64,000 nucleotides of DNA from the human T2T-CHM13v2.0 reference genome, Homo sapiens, in assembly GCF_009914755.1 (NCBI RefSeq), contig NC_060925.1, one strand, 5' to 3'. The notes under the pieces were generated by a model. The model ran no database searches. It had not been told where the DNA came from and saw only the letters and a program-made list of their open reading frames with translations. The translations under genes were made by a program, and so were the position numbers. Below, piece after piece: positions 30,254-45,472 of the stretch (positions within the stretch are counted from its first letter, which is position 1; every line of letters starts with the position of its first letter).

Positions 30254-31608
30254 AGCTGAGAATGAAAGGAAGGTGGCCCAGGAAGGAAGAAGCACTTTCA
30301 GCTGGGCCTTAGATCGCGAGCAGGAGCTCACAGATGGAAACAGACAGGAACGTTATTTGCAGGGGGGCCCAGCTCATCAGAGGCCCCGGGTGGGAGGGGT
30401 TGGCTATGGCTCAGGAGTTCAGGTTGCCCCTGTGTGGGTCAGAGTTCCAAACATGGGGCCCATGGCTCCCGAGGGCCACCTGTATTGACCTGTTTCTCCA
30501 GGATGTGGTAAGTGCTGTGGATCAACAAGCAAGGCAAAGGACTCCACAGATGCCAGTTCCTGCAGGCAGGCCGCGGGGAGGCTGCCAGACAATTTTCCAG
30601 AACAACCTGTTCGTTCTTACTGCGCCGGCCCTGGCCTCGAGGACCGTGCGTACTCACTTCATCACTTGCATAACTGGTGGATCCAGGCTCCCGAGATCAG
30701 CGCCCCTCCTGAGCTCCATCGTTTCCCTGTGCGGAGGTCTACAGTCTTCTTGGGAATATACTTCCTGTTGCCCCTACTCTGGATTTCCCCATCTCCAGAG
30801 GGAGCAGATCAGAGGAGGCGACACGGGAGGGGTGGATGAGGTCACCTGCCCAGGGGGGCATCCGCCTGCCACACCCCCTGGCCCGTCCTGCCCTCAGTCT
30901 GGACCCTTCCTCCCCTGGCACTGTCTCTGGAAGGAAGTGGGCTTCCACAGGGCCTAATCTGCTGCTGCTGCTGCCCTCTCACACGGACCTCCACCACCGC
31001 CCACCTCCCCAGAGGCCACCACAGGCCTCTGCTGGGGCACGCTGGGGTTTCAGGGCCTGCCATAATGTCCTACCATCTCATCTCTGGGCCCGATTTGCCC
31101 CGGGCTTATCCAGTTTCTCTAAGATCATGGAAAAAATGAGCCCTGGTCATATCTGCAGAGCAGCCTTGGCGTTGACCTCTTGTGGCAATTGCCTTTGACA
31201 GCCTGAGAGTCATTCAGAAATTGCCTATGGTTCACTCGGGGGAGGTGGGTGGTTCCTCTCTTGCAAGCTTATCTTCACTTTGCAGCCCTGGTAAGTAACT
31301 GCTGAGCGTTGCACAATCAGGGAGAAAATATTTACAATGAAAGTTGATCCAGAAAGACTTAGACAAGGGTCAGTGTACCTTCAGTTTAGCCTGACCTCTT
31401 CCAGATGAAGTGACTTTGGACAAGGGTTGTAATCTCTCCATGCCTTAGGGAGAGACAGAGACATATGGTACAAAAAGCAGGAGCTTCAGAGTCAGAGAAA
31501 TGAATTCGAATCCTTCCTCCCCATTCACTAACCTGGGAGTTTGGGCAACAGGGATCATCTCAGATTATATTTCCTATCTCAGAGTATTTTGCAGATTAAA
31601 TGAGATAA

Positions 31609-32011
<403 letters not shown>

Positions 32012-32814
32012 CCTCATCTTTTTGATAAGGGAGTTGGAGGGGATGACCAGCAAGGCCACTTTCGGCTCGGACCCAATGCAGTCCCAAGAAATCACAGGAG
32101 CAGTAAGTTATTCTCCTTCCTGTGTCCAGCCCCAGGCTCCAGTCTCAGCCGGTATTCTAAAACCATCAGGACTCCAAGAGGTCCAGGCAAAGTCTGAGCC
32201 CCACATCCACTCAGCCCCCAGTACCGCTGCTCTATCCTCCGCGGGCTTCTCCGTTCCATGGCCCAGTGGGGCTCTTCCTTCCTAATTTTCTGCACTTTCT
32301 TGAGGGTTGCCGGTTAGGTAGGAATGAATTCTAAGACACTCAGACCTCAGCCACTATTCTGGTGGGTGGCACAATGGATAGAATCTTCCTTGAGCCAGAC
32401 ACTGGAAATGAATTCACTCCTTGAAGGCTGATGGCTTTGGACACATCTGCTCCTCAACGTCCTTGCCTCTCAAATGATAGCGTGGCCCAGCCACCCTTGG
32501 ATGGTTAGGTGGGATTTTCTGCTGGAATTGTGCATCTTGGGAAAATGTTTTGAAAAGCCTGAAACTCTGGAAAGATGGGAGTAGGATGGAGACTCCAGTT
32601 TGAGTCTCTAAGCCAGGTCTGCAGGATGGGCCCCTCCAACTGAGTAAGTGCCTGCTGTCCTTTTCCCGGCACCCCCACTGGCCAACTCCTCCTCAGCCAG
32701 AGATGTTGGGGCTATTTCCATCTGTGCGCTAAACCCTCGTGGATGGGCGTGGCCACTTTTCCATAGGAAACCACCCAGTGGTAAGTCCTCTATCACCCTC
32801 TCGTGACCTCTAGG

Positions 32815-32920
32815 TAGGTGGCCATATGTCCCCTTTACCCAGTTTATTCCGGTGAATAGTGCCTCCTTTCATTCTCAAACAAGTGTCCCAGCTGGCACAA
32901 GAAAACACGGGGTCACTGCA
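32815..32920 (+). mobile_element. MER94-like (hAT-Blackjack) MITE
   Basis: aggtggccatatgtccc...aatagtgcctcctttcattctcaaacaagtgtccc...ggtcac. Confidence 0.65.
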
Positions 32921-33631
32921 CCTCTAGGCCAAGTGACACCTCTACAGACACCGCCTCTGGGCAAGCTGGGTCACCTCTGCACGGAGTCGTTTCAGGGTGG
33001 GTCAGCCCCTTTGGACATCATGTAACGTGGTCATTATCCTCTACGTCACTGTTACAAAAGAGAATGTGGCTTCAAGGTAACAGAAGAAAGATCAGAGGGC
33101 ACCGGCCTTCCTCCATGAGGACGCAGCTCCATTTGCAGCCCTGGCTGACCACCTTCTTTGGTCCGCTTCTCTTCTGTTTCGTTCTTTAGCCTAAGGCTTA
33201 CCTCTGCCAACATCAGCATGAGGAGGCGCCACGGCCCCCTGCACCCAGAGCTGCCCTGGCAGTGGCTCCCAAGGCCATGGAGCAGCCCCCGGCTGAGGAG
33301 AGGCATATGACAGCCAAGGACATTCTGCACCCAACAGACCGAAGCTCCTTATCCCAGGCTGATTGTTCTCGGCTATGATGGCACCATGGCAAGGGAAACT
33401 TGAACGAAGGCTTGGGATGACACAGATAGGTGAGCTGCTGATGTTTTCACATTTCTTTTTCCTCCTCAGCCAGCAGTTGCATGGTTTTTCTTATGGATTG
33501 GAGAGGGAACACTGCCTGCCAGAACACTGCATGTGTGCAAATGTTTATAATAATGCTACTCCCATGACGGTGTGTCTTAGAGGCACGTCAAGGACAGGAG
33601 CCCTTTTTCCATTTTACGGATGAGGAAACTA

Positions 33632-34012
<381 letters not shown>

Positions 34013-34029
34013 TTAGATCAAATTGTATC

Positions 34030-34280
34030 CGAAACAGAAAGTGAAATAGGGCATGTTCTCACTCAGAAGTGGGAGCTAAATGCTGAGTAGTGAGGGTCAT
34101 GTAGAGTGGATAATGAGACTTCAAAAAGTGGAAGGCGGGGCAGTGAGGGCTGAGAAAACTCCTGCTGGGTACAATGTTCACTCTTCAGGTGCAGGCACAC
34201 CAAACACCTAGACTCCCAGACTTCCCAATATGTTCATGTAACCAAACTTCACCTGTACCCCCTAAATCTATAAAAATACA
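34030..34280 (+). mobile_element. L1PB-like 3' UTR fragment
   Basis: catgttctcactcagaagtgggagctaaa...gggtacaatgttcact...catgtaaccaaacttcacctgtaccccctaaatctataaaaat. Confidence 0.85.
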
Positions 34281-34679
34281 CAATTTTTAAAATATTCTTC
34301 ACAGACACGCACACTCACACACTCACACAAACTCTCCACTCCTCCGAGGCCCTTGCCTGGCTTCCCTCCTCTGGTTTCACTCATGATGCTTTCCTATCTC
34401 CCGGCTATAAATACACCACACTCAAACATGTCTCTTGGTTTCACTCCATTGGCCAAAGAAGTGGTTATCCAGAAGCAGCCAGTGAGGGGAGAGGCAACAC
34501 ATTTGCTCAGTCCAGGACAAAGGTGGCCCACAAAAACAAAATGTTTTCTTGCCTTTTGATGCATCTGACAGAGTGCTATTGAGGGAGGCCTGGGCCTGTC
34601 CCATACTCTCCGGGCCTACAAATACTTTCAGTATCCACCAGCACTGGGGGCTGATCACACAAGAATACAAAAGCTTCTC

Positions 34680-34986
<307 letters not shown>

Positions 34987-35239
34987 TCATTTTAGATCCT
35001 GCCTAAGCCACAGACTGACATGAGGCCCCCTCATTGCCAACCACTAGTTCAGCTGTGGGAAAGCCACCTCCAGGTCTTTTGTGAGAGAATCAAGGTCAGA
35101 CCCCAGAGAAGCCATCTCTTCTAACTACCATGGTCTTCCTGACTCCCATTCAGAGTCAATCCTTCCTCTATTTCTCACAGACTTTTATTATTGTTATTGT
35201 CTTTAATGAAGATGTACCTAGAGTCATATATCATGATAT

Positions 35240-35480
35240 TATTGTTTCAAATATTATTAGTAGTAGTATTTATTGGGTGCTAGTTTGTATTGAGTGCCTT
35301 TCATTCATCATCACACGTGATCTTCTTAACAAACCTAGAGTGTAGGTAACATTAATACTATACTATTATCACCATCACACCGATGAGGAAACTGTGACTC
35401 AGAAGGTTAAGTAATGTGCCCAAAGTCACACAGCTACTAAATGACAGAGCCACATTTTAAACTCAGGGTTGACAGACTCC
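35240..35480 (-). mobile_element. MIR
   Basis: gatgaggaaactgtgactcagaaggttaagtaatgtgcccaaagtcacacagcta. Confidence 0.85.
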
Positions 35481-35609
35481 ACCAAAGATCATCTATTCCA
35501 ACGCTTCCCATATGGAACACTATGCCAAGAGATGCATAGTTGCTATCTGACCTAAAATGGGTGGATAGGGAAGTTCTGGATTAAATAAGTTTAAGAAATA
35601 CTACATACC

Positions 35610-36667
<1,058 letters not shown>

Positions 36668-38551
36668 TGAGAAGTCCTGCATGAAGGGATCATCTATAAG
36701 GTCTAATTGAATGTTTCCCAGAGTTATTGAGTGGAACATGTTTGTTAATTGACATACCCTATGACATCATGTGGAACAGCTTTCCAGTGCTAACCGTATG
36801 AAAATCTCACTAATCTGCCAGCCTCCCACCCTCAGGCAGGGTAACCCTAGAGCCACTCAGGAAACACATTTTGCATTTCACTACACTAAATCTTGCCTTG
36901 TCAAGCCGTCAACCCTCAGCGTTTCTTCCAGGGAATCCGCGCAGCTCAGTGGAAAGACCACAGACTCAAGGCTTGAAATCTGCATCCACCACTTAACTAA
37001 TTGTGTGACAACAGGAAAGACACTGAAATGCCCTTAGTCCTTCTCATCTGTAAAATGAGAGTAACACCTAATAGTGAAAGTTCCATAATCACTTTTTGTA
37101 TCATCAGTCTAGACAGAGACCTGATCTCTACTATGTAACCAAACCACACACTTCATGCATTTCAAATCACGGGGTCTCTCTTGGCTCCTGTTGTTCTTGA
37201 TCATGTTTTGTCACAATTTTGTTCATTTGCTTCATGTTGTTCTTCTGTCTGAGATGCACTCCCCATCTTTCTGCCTGGAAAACTTCTATGCATCCTTCAA
37301 AACCCTGATCAAAGTCCAACTCCTTTAGGAAGCCTTTTCTGACACCCCTGTCGCATTTCTTAGCCTTCAGCCCTCAGCACAGACCTCCTCAAACCTCAGA
37401 GGCAGTGCCTTCCTCGTGGTCACTTCACTGTCTGTCCCAAGTCTCTCTCTCCCCACCTCAGGCCCTGAGCTCCTCAAAGTCACTCTGCCTCCTTCTGCTC
37501 CATGCATACACAAGGTAAACCTCGAACAGCACTCATTCAGTAGAGGTTATCATTTCCTGTGAGACTAAGCCCACCAAGAAATCCTTTAGCCTTTCCTTGA
37601 GCACTAGTTGTTCTGCATCCTCCCTCCCCATCCGCAGGTGCAGGCAGGTCTTGATCTGACAGAGGTTCAGAGGCTGACCGTGCAGCCCCTCTCAGCTCTG
37701 CCCATCTGAACGCTGTCCTCAGGCCTGTCTGGCCTACATTCTCAAACTAGGAACAGAGGTGCATGGCAGGCAGGGGTCTGATGAGATGACAGCCAGGGGA
37801 CATCAATCACCAGGGCCTAGCAGCGGTGGCACCCTGGGTGCTCTTCCTCAGGAACCGCTGCAGGAACTCTCAGTTCTGCCCAACATCATTTACCAAGGGC
37901 CTGTCTGGGACAACCGCCACCAATGGGTGCCTGTCCCACGCACATCTCACCACTAGCAAAACCCAGGGCTGAGGGCTGTGCAAGGGTCAGATTATCTAGA
38001 GGACTTACTGCTGCCCTTCAGAGCAGCCATGAGGCTGGACTTACCAATTCTCTTGTAGAGAAGGCTTTGTGGTCCTGGCTCTCTCCATGGGCTTTGCACA
38101 GTTGTTCCTACTAAGTTTTTTCCACAGCAGGCTGTGGACATCACAGGGAGGCAGCCATGTTTTTTGGGAGCTCAAGGGTCATTGTGCCTGGGGTCTAAGT
38201 GCTGAGCAGAACAGTGAGGAAAGACAGAACATACAGGAGGGCACCAGAGGTGCTTAGATCATGTGGGGAAGAATATCCGGAGGTTAAAATAACTTTTCTT
38301 ACTCCCTATGTCATCTTTGTGGGTTCTAATGCAACTTCAGGATCTGTTTGCCTTTAAATTCCTTACTGGACAAAGTCAAGTGGACAGGAGTAATTTGGAA
38401 TTCTTATGTTCTTTCTGACCAGGTACATATGATTGATTATTAAGTATTTCAGAGAGAGTGCAAAGGATCATCCTCAAGGGTTGCCCCAGTTAAATGTGAA
38501 CAGAATCAAAAGTCATAGCTTCCACCCCATACAATGTTAAGGCATCACTCT

Positions 38552-39450
38552 GTCATTCATTCCTCCATCCAGTATTTACTGAGCACCTAGTATGTGCTCT
38601 GTACTAGGTTCTGAGAGCACAGTGGTGAGGAGGACCCACATGCCTCCTATCCTTCATAGGAGGAGAAAGGCACAAACCAGAAAACCCCCCCAACACACAC
38701 ACACATACACATATATTAACAAGGGAATGAGTGCTTTAAAGTTCAGGAATTATAAACACAAAGAAATGTGGTTATAGACATGGTTCATGGAAGGCTGGAG
38801 GGCTGTGGACTTTTCTCCAGAGGAGTAATATTTCAGCTGCATCAAGCAAGATGTGACAGTGGCAGGTGAAGGGGACCCGGAGCAGGTGGGAGGAGAAGCC
38901 CTCCTGGCAGAGGGGTCAGGTGTGAAGGCCCCGAGAAAGGGTGGCAAGGGCTTGGCACATGGAGGGATTGAAGAAAGGTGAGGTAGCAGGAGCGTGGCAT
39001 GCAAACGCCAGCGGCACAAACTGCGCTGGGGAGGAGAGCAAGGGCTGAAGGTGCAGAGCCTTGGACACCATCCTAAGGAGTGTGATTTTTTTTTTTTTTT
39101 GGTCCCTCAGTGCAATAGGAAGCCCTAGATGGGGCTCAGCAGAAAGTGACACATTCTGAGTTATATTTTAGGAAGTCACTTGGGCAGGAGGTGCAAGGGT
39201 AGAATCAGAGAGACCCATCAGGAGGGCACAGGTGCTGGTGGCCTGAATGAAGGGACTGGCAGAGAAACTGCTGTGATCTGGAGAATGCTGGATATGTGGC
39301 TCCAGGGCCCCAGAGGGAAGACCTCATACTCACCTCCACTTGGCACATGCAGAGGAGAGGGGAGCCTCTGGTGCCATACTCAGAAAGGCAGATGCTGGCA
39401 AAAGAAATCAAAGAAGAATGCCTCTCTGGACGCATGGACCTCTGAGTCCT
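38552..39450 (-). mobile_element. L2 (L2a-like) 3' region
   Basis: cattcattcctccatccagtatttactgagcacctagtatgtgc...caataggaagcc...tattttaggaagtcact. Confidence 0.75.
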
Positions 39451-42400
39451 GCCATACCTGGGCTTTGTCCAAGACTGAGGGAGCAAGCTGGACTGGGCAG
39501 GAGCAGGAGCAGGACAAGTCAGGGCCTTCCCCTCCTTCCATACAGCCAGCCATGGTCCTGAGGCAACCAGGGACCAGCACTTACACAGACCCTGCCTGGA
39601 GGTTCTGGTTTCCCCAGCCCAAGAAGCCAAGGTCATTCATGCCTTTGCTGACCTGTGGCCTCCCCATGGCCCTGTCCTAGTGCCCCAAGGCACTAGCCTC
39701 CAGCTTCCCAGGCCACATGTCCCAGGCTCCTTCATGCCCCACTGCAGTCTGTACCTGGCCCCCAGGGGCACCCATGCCTGCAGAGACTGCCCAAGTGGTG
39801 GATTATCAGCCTGGCTCTTCCCTCCTGCACCCTCAGCCCTGCAACAGAGGAGAGCTCTTCCCTAACCCTTGGCTGCAGGTTGGTTGTATAATTTGCAGTG
39901 GGCACAGGTATGTGGTTAGAGGGCCAGTGTGTCTGCTGCAAGCATAGGCCTGACAAGCCTTGCATGTTTCCACTGCTCTTTTGTATCTCTGCCATCATCA
40001 AAAGAAGAGTCTCCTGCCTGGGACCCAGGGTGAACCACCATGGAGTAAAATCAGCCCCGCCAACCCCTGAAGACCTACAGCCTGAACCTGCAGATCCACA
40101 AAACAAATGTCTATGACTGTCTGCTCCTGAGATTTTTGTAGTTCTTCATTGCTGACATACCTCTCTCCTTGCCTGCCATGTCTTTGAGATGGTGAGATGT
40201 CCGAGGGCCAGAACCACACTTATTTTTTAACTTGTTTCCCAAAAGCCTAGCACAGAGCAATTATTTAATAAACATCTCTCAAATGTAGAAAGGAATGCAC
40301 AGGTGCACCACAAAACTATCTGAGTAACTGGATCAGCCTTCCGGGGATCCCCTGGCCCAAGGGTGATCATGGGAAGGACTGAAGACTACCGAGCAGGCCC
40401 CACGAGGACAGACACGCAGGCCCAGGGTTGGGCCAGCCCTCAAAATAGGCAAGTGAGCCAGGCAACAGCCCTGGGATTGTATTTCACTATCCCTCGACTG
40501 AGCTGGTGTCCTCAGCTCCCCTTTCATGTTTCAGAGACCAACAGCCCTTCTTACAGGCAATCCCCTGACAACCAGCTGGCTATTCTCTGCCCCAAACTGT
40601 ACACGCCCTCTGAGGCCCGGGCTCTGGGGGAGGGACTCCAGATGCACATGCCAGTCTGGTGGGGTGGCAGCTATTCCAAGAGGGTCGCATAGGTCAAAAG
40701 CAAAAGGAGACCAGAAAACCAGGCCACGCCCTGCCAAGAAACAGAGGGAGGCTGGACATCCCAGCCCACCCAGACTCAGCATCTTCAGGTAGAGCAGAGA
40801 GGATGTCAGCACTCCTCAGGAGGCTGACGGCTCCCCAGCTAGGGTCTCCCATGGCCCAGGGGTCTATGGTGCAGAACATGGAACCTCTGAAAGGGGCAGG
40901 CTAAGTGGGACATAGGTGGGAAGGTGGAGCCTGCAGATGGCCAGCCATCCTCACCAGCTTCCTGGCTCAGGGGACCCAAGGCCACACATCCAGGGAGTGC
41001 AGGGAGCCCTCGGCTAAGGTCAGCAGCCAGCCCCAGCTCAGGGTGGGTGGGCACCGACTGGATGAGGGATAGCAGGGGCTCCTTCTTCCTTCCTGTGTCT
41101 TCTTGGATGTCTTTTTAGAGAAATACATCAGGAGATCAAAGGCCCTGCGTGTCCCTGGCCCCACGGCAGCCTGGGGGTCCCCAGGGAGCCGCAGGGGTTT
41201 TCTCTCCTGAGTTGCCTGGTGCCCTGGGCCTCTGCAGGGAGAGCACCATGTTCTGAAATTCAAGTGGACCTTGGCAATGAGGCAGTCTTGACTGAGATAG
41301 CCCCACTATTTTTGGAAACTAGATTAAAGGGAAGGCTTATAAATTACCTCTCTATCCATTGAAGGACAACTCCAGATCTTTTAAAGGAGGTTGCGAAACA
41401 AACCTTGACAGTTTCCTCCTGGTCTGGGACTCATATCTTTTTTAAGCAAATGAACAGCACCTTGTCTAAATCAGGATCCATAAAGACGCAGTTGGCTGCT
41501 GTTAGGAATTAGTCAGGTGGTTTTGTGCAATATACTTGCCCAGTCACGCTGGGACCCAGCGTGCCCCAAACACTGTCTTCTTAGCAAACATAGAAAGCGG
41601 TTGCACTCAGCTGACCACCTTACACAGACCCGACTGAGAAACACATACACGATTCCACACTGGAAATAGGAACAGGTCCCTTTGCATTCAGTCTTGCCAT
41701 AAAGGCGACATCTACCCATAGCCCTCGCCCCTCTGCAGAAATGCATTTAGCTGTCAGCATCCGTGGGCATCCAGTTCTACCCACTCACCAAGAACCTTGA
41801 GGTCATGCTGAACTCAGAAAAATATTTTCCCTTTTATTTTGGTTGGGTTTTGAGGCTGAGGTTCAGAAGCAGGGAACCAAATGACATAACGAAAGAGTAA
41901 GATCCAAGCTCATTTCCCAGGAGCCCTCAGTCCACATGGCAGATGTTCCAGGGATTAAGTCATCCACAGAAGAGTTATGAGAAAGGATATCACCCACTTT
42001 AAGAGCGGTACAATCCGTCCCACGGGGGCAAGCGTGGTAAGTGGAAATGAAGAGAGGGTTGACATTTCGATTTAAAGCTCCAGTAACTTGCAGGTAATGT
42101 TTCAAGGGTGTCTGGTGCACAGGAAACAAAGAGAGATGACTGAGGATGGAGATTAACCCCTTAGCCTCCACCACTCTTTTGGCCTTGACCTTCTCGGTTA
42201 CAAAGAATGGCAGAAGGCACTACCAAAAAAGTGGGAGAGCGGTGTTTCCATGTCCTGTGGCCAAAGGCTGGGCTCCGTAACAAATAACTTACATGCAAGA
42301 ACATCTTGCATGATGTATCTGTTCTTCATGTCTTCCATGTAATGAAACAAATACGCATTGAGCATTTAATCTGATCAAAAATAAGTATTGAGTTCCCATG

Positions 42401-42595
42401 TGAGGCTTAGTCCAGGTCATCAAAGGCTTATGAGTGGGACAAGGTACACCCAGTTAAACTAAGTGCAGAGTAATCAGAGGCAGCAAACCGGAAGAGCAAA
42501 GGGAAATTAGAGACAAACTGTCCAGGGGCTCTTGCCCAGGTGGCTCAGCCTCTTGCCTTCAGTTTGTTCATTTCTCAATTAAGAAATCAAAATTG

Positions 42596-42885
42596 GGGTG
42601 GGCATGGTGGCTCATGCCTGTAATCCCAGTACTTTGGGAAGCCGAGGCGGGCAGATCATTTGAAGCCAGAATTCAGGACCAGCCTGGGCAGCATTGCAAG
42701 ACCTCGCCTATACAAAAAATAAAAATTACCCAGGTATGGCAGCATGCAGCTATAGTCCCAGCTACTCAGGAGGCTAAGCTGGGAGGAACACTTGAGCCCA
42801 GGAGTTCAAGGCTGCAGTGAGCCATGATTGCACTACTGCACTTTAGCCTGGGCAACAGGGGAAGACCTTGGCTCTAAAACAAACC
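42596..42885 (+). mobile_element. AluJ
   Basis: gagcccaggagttcaaggctgcagtgagccatgatt. Confidence 0.93.
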
Positions 42886-43114
42886 AGAAATCTAAGTCAC
42901 ATCTAGCCATAGACTACCATGGTTCTAAATACCCCAAGTTAGCTGGTAGTAATAAAAGCTTACGTGCACAGGTTATGACGCCCCTGGCACACTTATGGCC
43001 TCCTGGGAAGCCCAAGAGGTGGTGCTGCAGAGGGTCAGCTCCAGGTCAGAGTCTTGGGAGGATTTCCTAGAAAGGATCAGTGGGTTTAAGATGGCAAAGA
43101 AGGAGGAAGGCATA

Positions 43115-43469
43115 TGATATGGTTTGGCTGTGTCCCCACCCAAATCTTGAATTGTAGCTCCCATAATTCCCAAGTGTTGTGGGAGGGACCCAGTGGGAGG
43201 TAACTGAATCACGAGGGCAGCGCTTTCCCGTGCTGTTCTCCGGATAGTGAATAAGTCTCATGAGATCTGATGGTTTTATAAAGGGGAATTTCCCTGCACA
43301 AGCTCCCTCTTACCTGCCGCCATGTAAGATGTGCCTTTCTCCTCCTTTGCCTTCCACCATGATTGTGAGGCCTCCCCAGCCATGTGGACCTTTGAGTCCA
43401 TTAAACATCTTTATAAATTACCCAATCTCAGGTATGTCTTTATTAGCAGTCTGAGAACAGACTAATACA
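43115..43469 (+). mobile_element. THE1B (MaLR) solo LTR
   Basis: tgatatggtttggctgtgtccccacccaaatc...gagaacagactaataca; perfect 5-bp TSD gcata at 43110-43114 and 43470-43474. Confidence 0.95.
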
Positions 43470-44844
43470 GCATACTAGTCAAAAAGCACCCCTGGGTGGC
43501 ACAGGGGTGAGAAGAAGGGGATATGCTGGGGAGAAAAGAACTGAAGGAGGGGAGGGAAGATACCTAAGAAGAGGAACTACAAGAACTCTCTAAAAGTCCT
43601 AGGCTCTGACCAAACCAGGCAACACAAACCAGAATAAGTCACTACCTAGCGGGCCCTTAAGCACACCCAAGTTTACCCAACTCTGCCGAAGATGAATTGG
43701 AACAATGCCTTTTCCTTGGGCCTTATTTCATCTGATGCTCATGACAACGTGGCAAGGTGAAGCAGGGATTATTCACCCATCTTACAGATGGGCATCCCTG
43801 ACCCATGGCAACCAGGGGCTGGCCCACAGTTGGCAGCTGATGGTAACATGGCCCTTATACCACCTGCTTCCCACCACATGACCCCAGAGCCCCATTTTGA
43901 ACTGAATCCAAAAATATAGATTTCTCTGAGTCTTCGTATTCTCTGAAACTACTGAACCAAGACATCAAAATACTCTCCAAACAAAACTGTCCTTTCATCC
44001 ATTTCTGAGACCTTCTATAGAGAAGACCACCAGATAGCCCTTTGCCTGTGGGTAGGGGCAAGCACCTGAGGTCAGCTGGAAAAAAAAAAAAAATCAATCC
44101 AAGGAGGTCATCCCTCCACCAGTCTAGAATTCCCGCTGTTTAAATGTCTTTTTTCTAACCCAGGGTATAAAATAAATTAGGAGTGCAGGAATGTTAAACT
44201 TCAAGGCGGAATTTAATATATATATATATCCACACACCTACAGCTGAAACTTTTTGCTTGAGAATTACATACACACGGTGGATGTATCGATGAACCTGCA
44301 CAGGGAAGACTCAGAATCAGGCTGTGGATCAAAAGGGACATTGAAGAGCATCTCATCCAAATGACCCCTGCATTTTGGGAAGGAGAAAGCTGAGGCTCAG
44401 GAAAGTCAAATGACTCCTCCAAGGTCACAGAGCTGCCAGCCAGTGAATCTGTCACCTGCCTATTCCAAACTCCAGACCACGCCCTCCCCTTGTGGGGGGT
44501 GAGAAGAGTCGACTCTTTTGGCTCTGTGGCACTTCCTCTGAGGACAACAGGCGCACACACTCATCAGGAGAGTCATTGCTCCCGTCAGCATCCTGAACAG
44601 TGAAATGCCTCGGGCTGCGGCACAGCAGAAGGGCTGCTGGTGTATTCACACCATTGGGCAGGACAAGCAAGGATTGGAGGGATGTGGTGAGAAGAGGGCA
44701 GAGGAGAGGTGGCCCATGCAGGAGGCTCCCCATGAAAGGAATGGAGATGGGTGTGAGCAAAGGCACACCGGCCAGAGGAGGCTCAATATGATCAGAGCTA
44801 TTCCATTGGAATAGACAGAATTGGCTGAGCACAAATGCAGGGCT

Positions 44845-45472
<628 letters not shown>

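Noticed and set aside
30334-30957. Longest ORF in the window (207 aa)
   Set aside because: No recognisable domain; long open frames are expected in GC-rich sequence. PhyloCSF or Ribo-seq support would be needed.
39180-39680. 166-aa and overlapping ORFs
   Set aside because: They overlap a decayed antisense L2 and GC-rich flank and have no protein signature.
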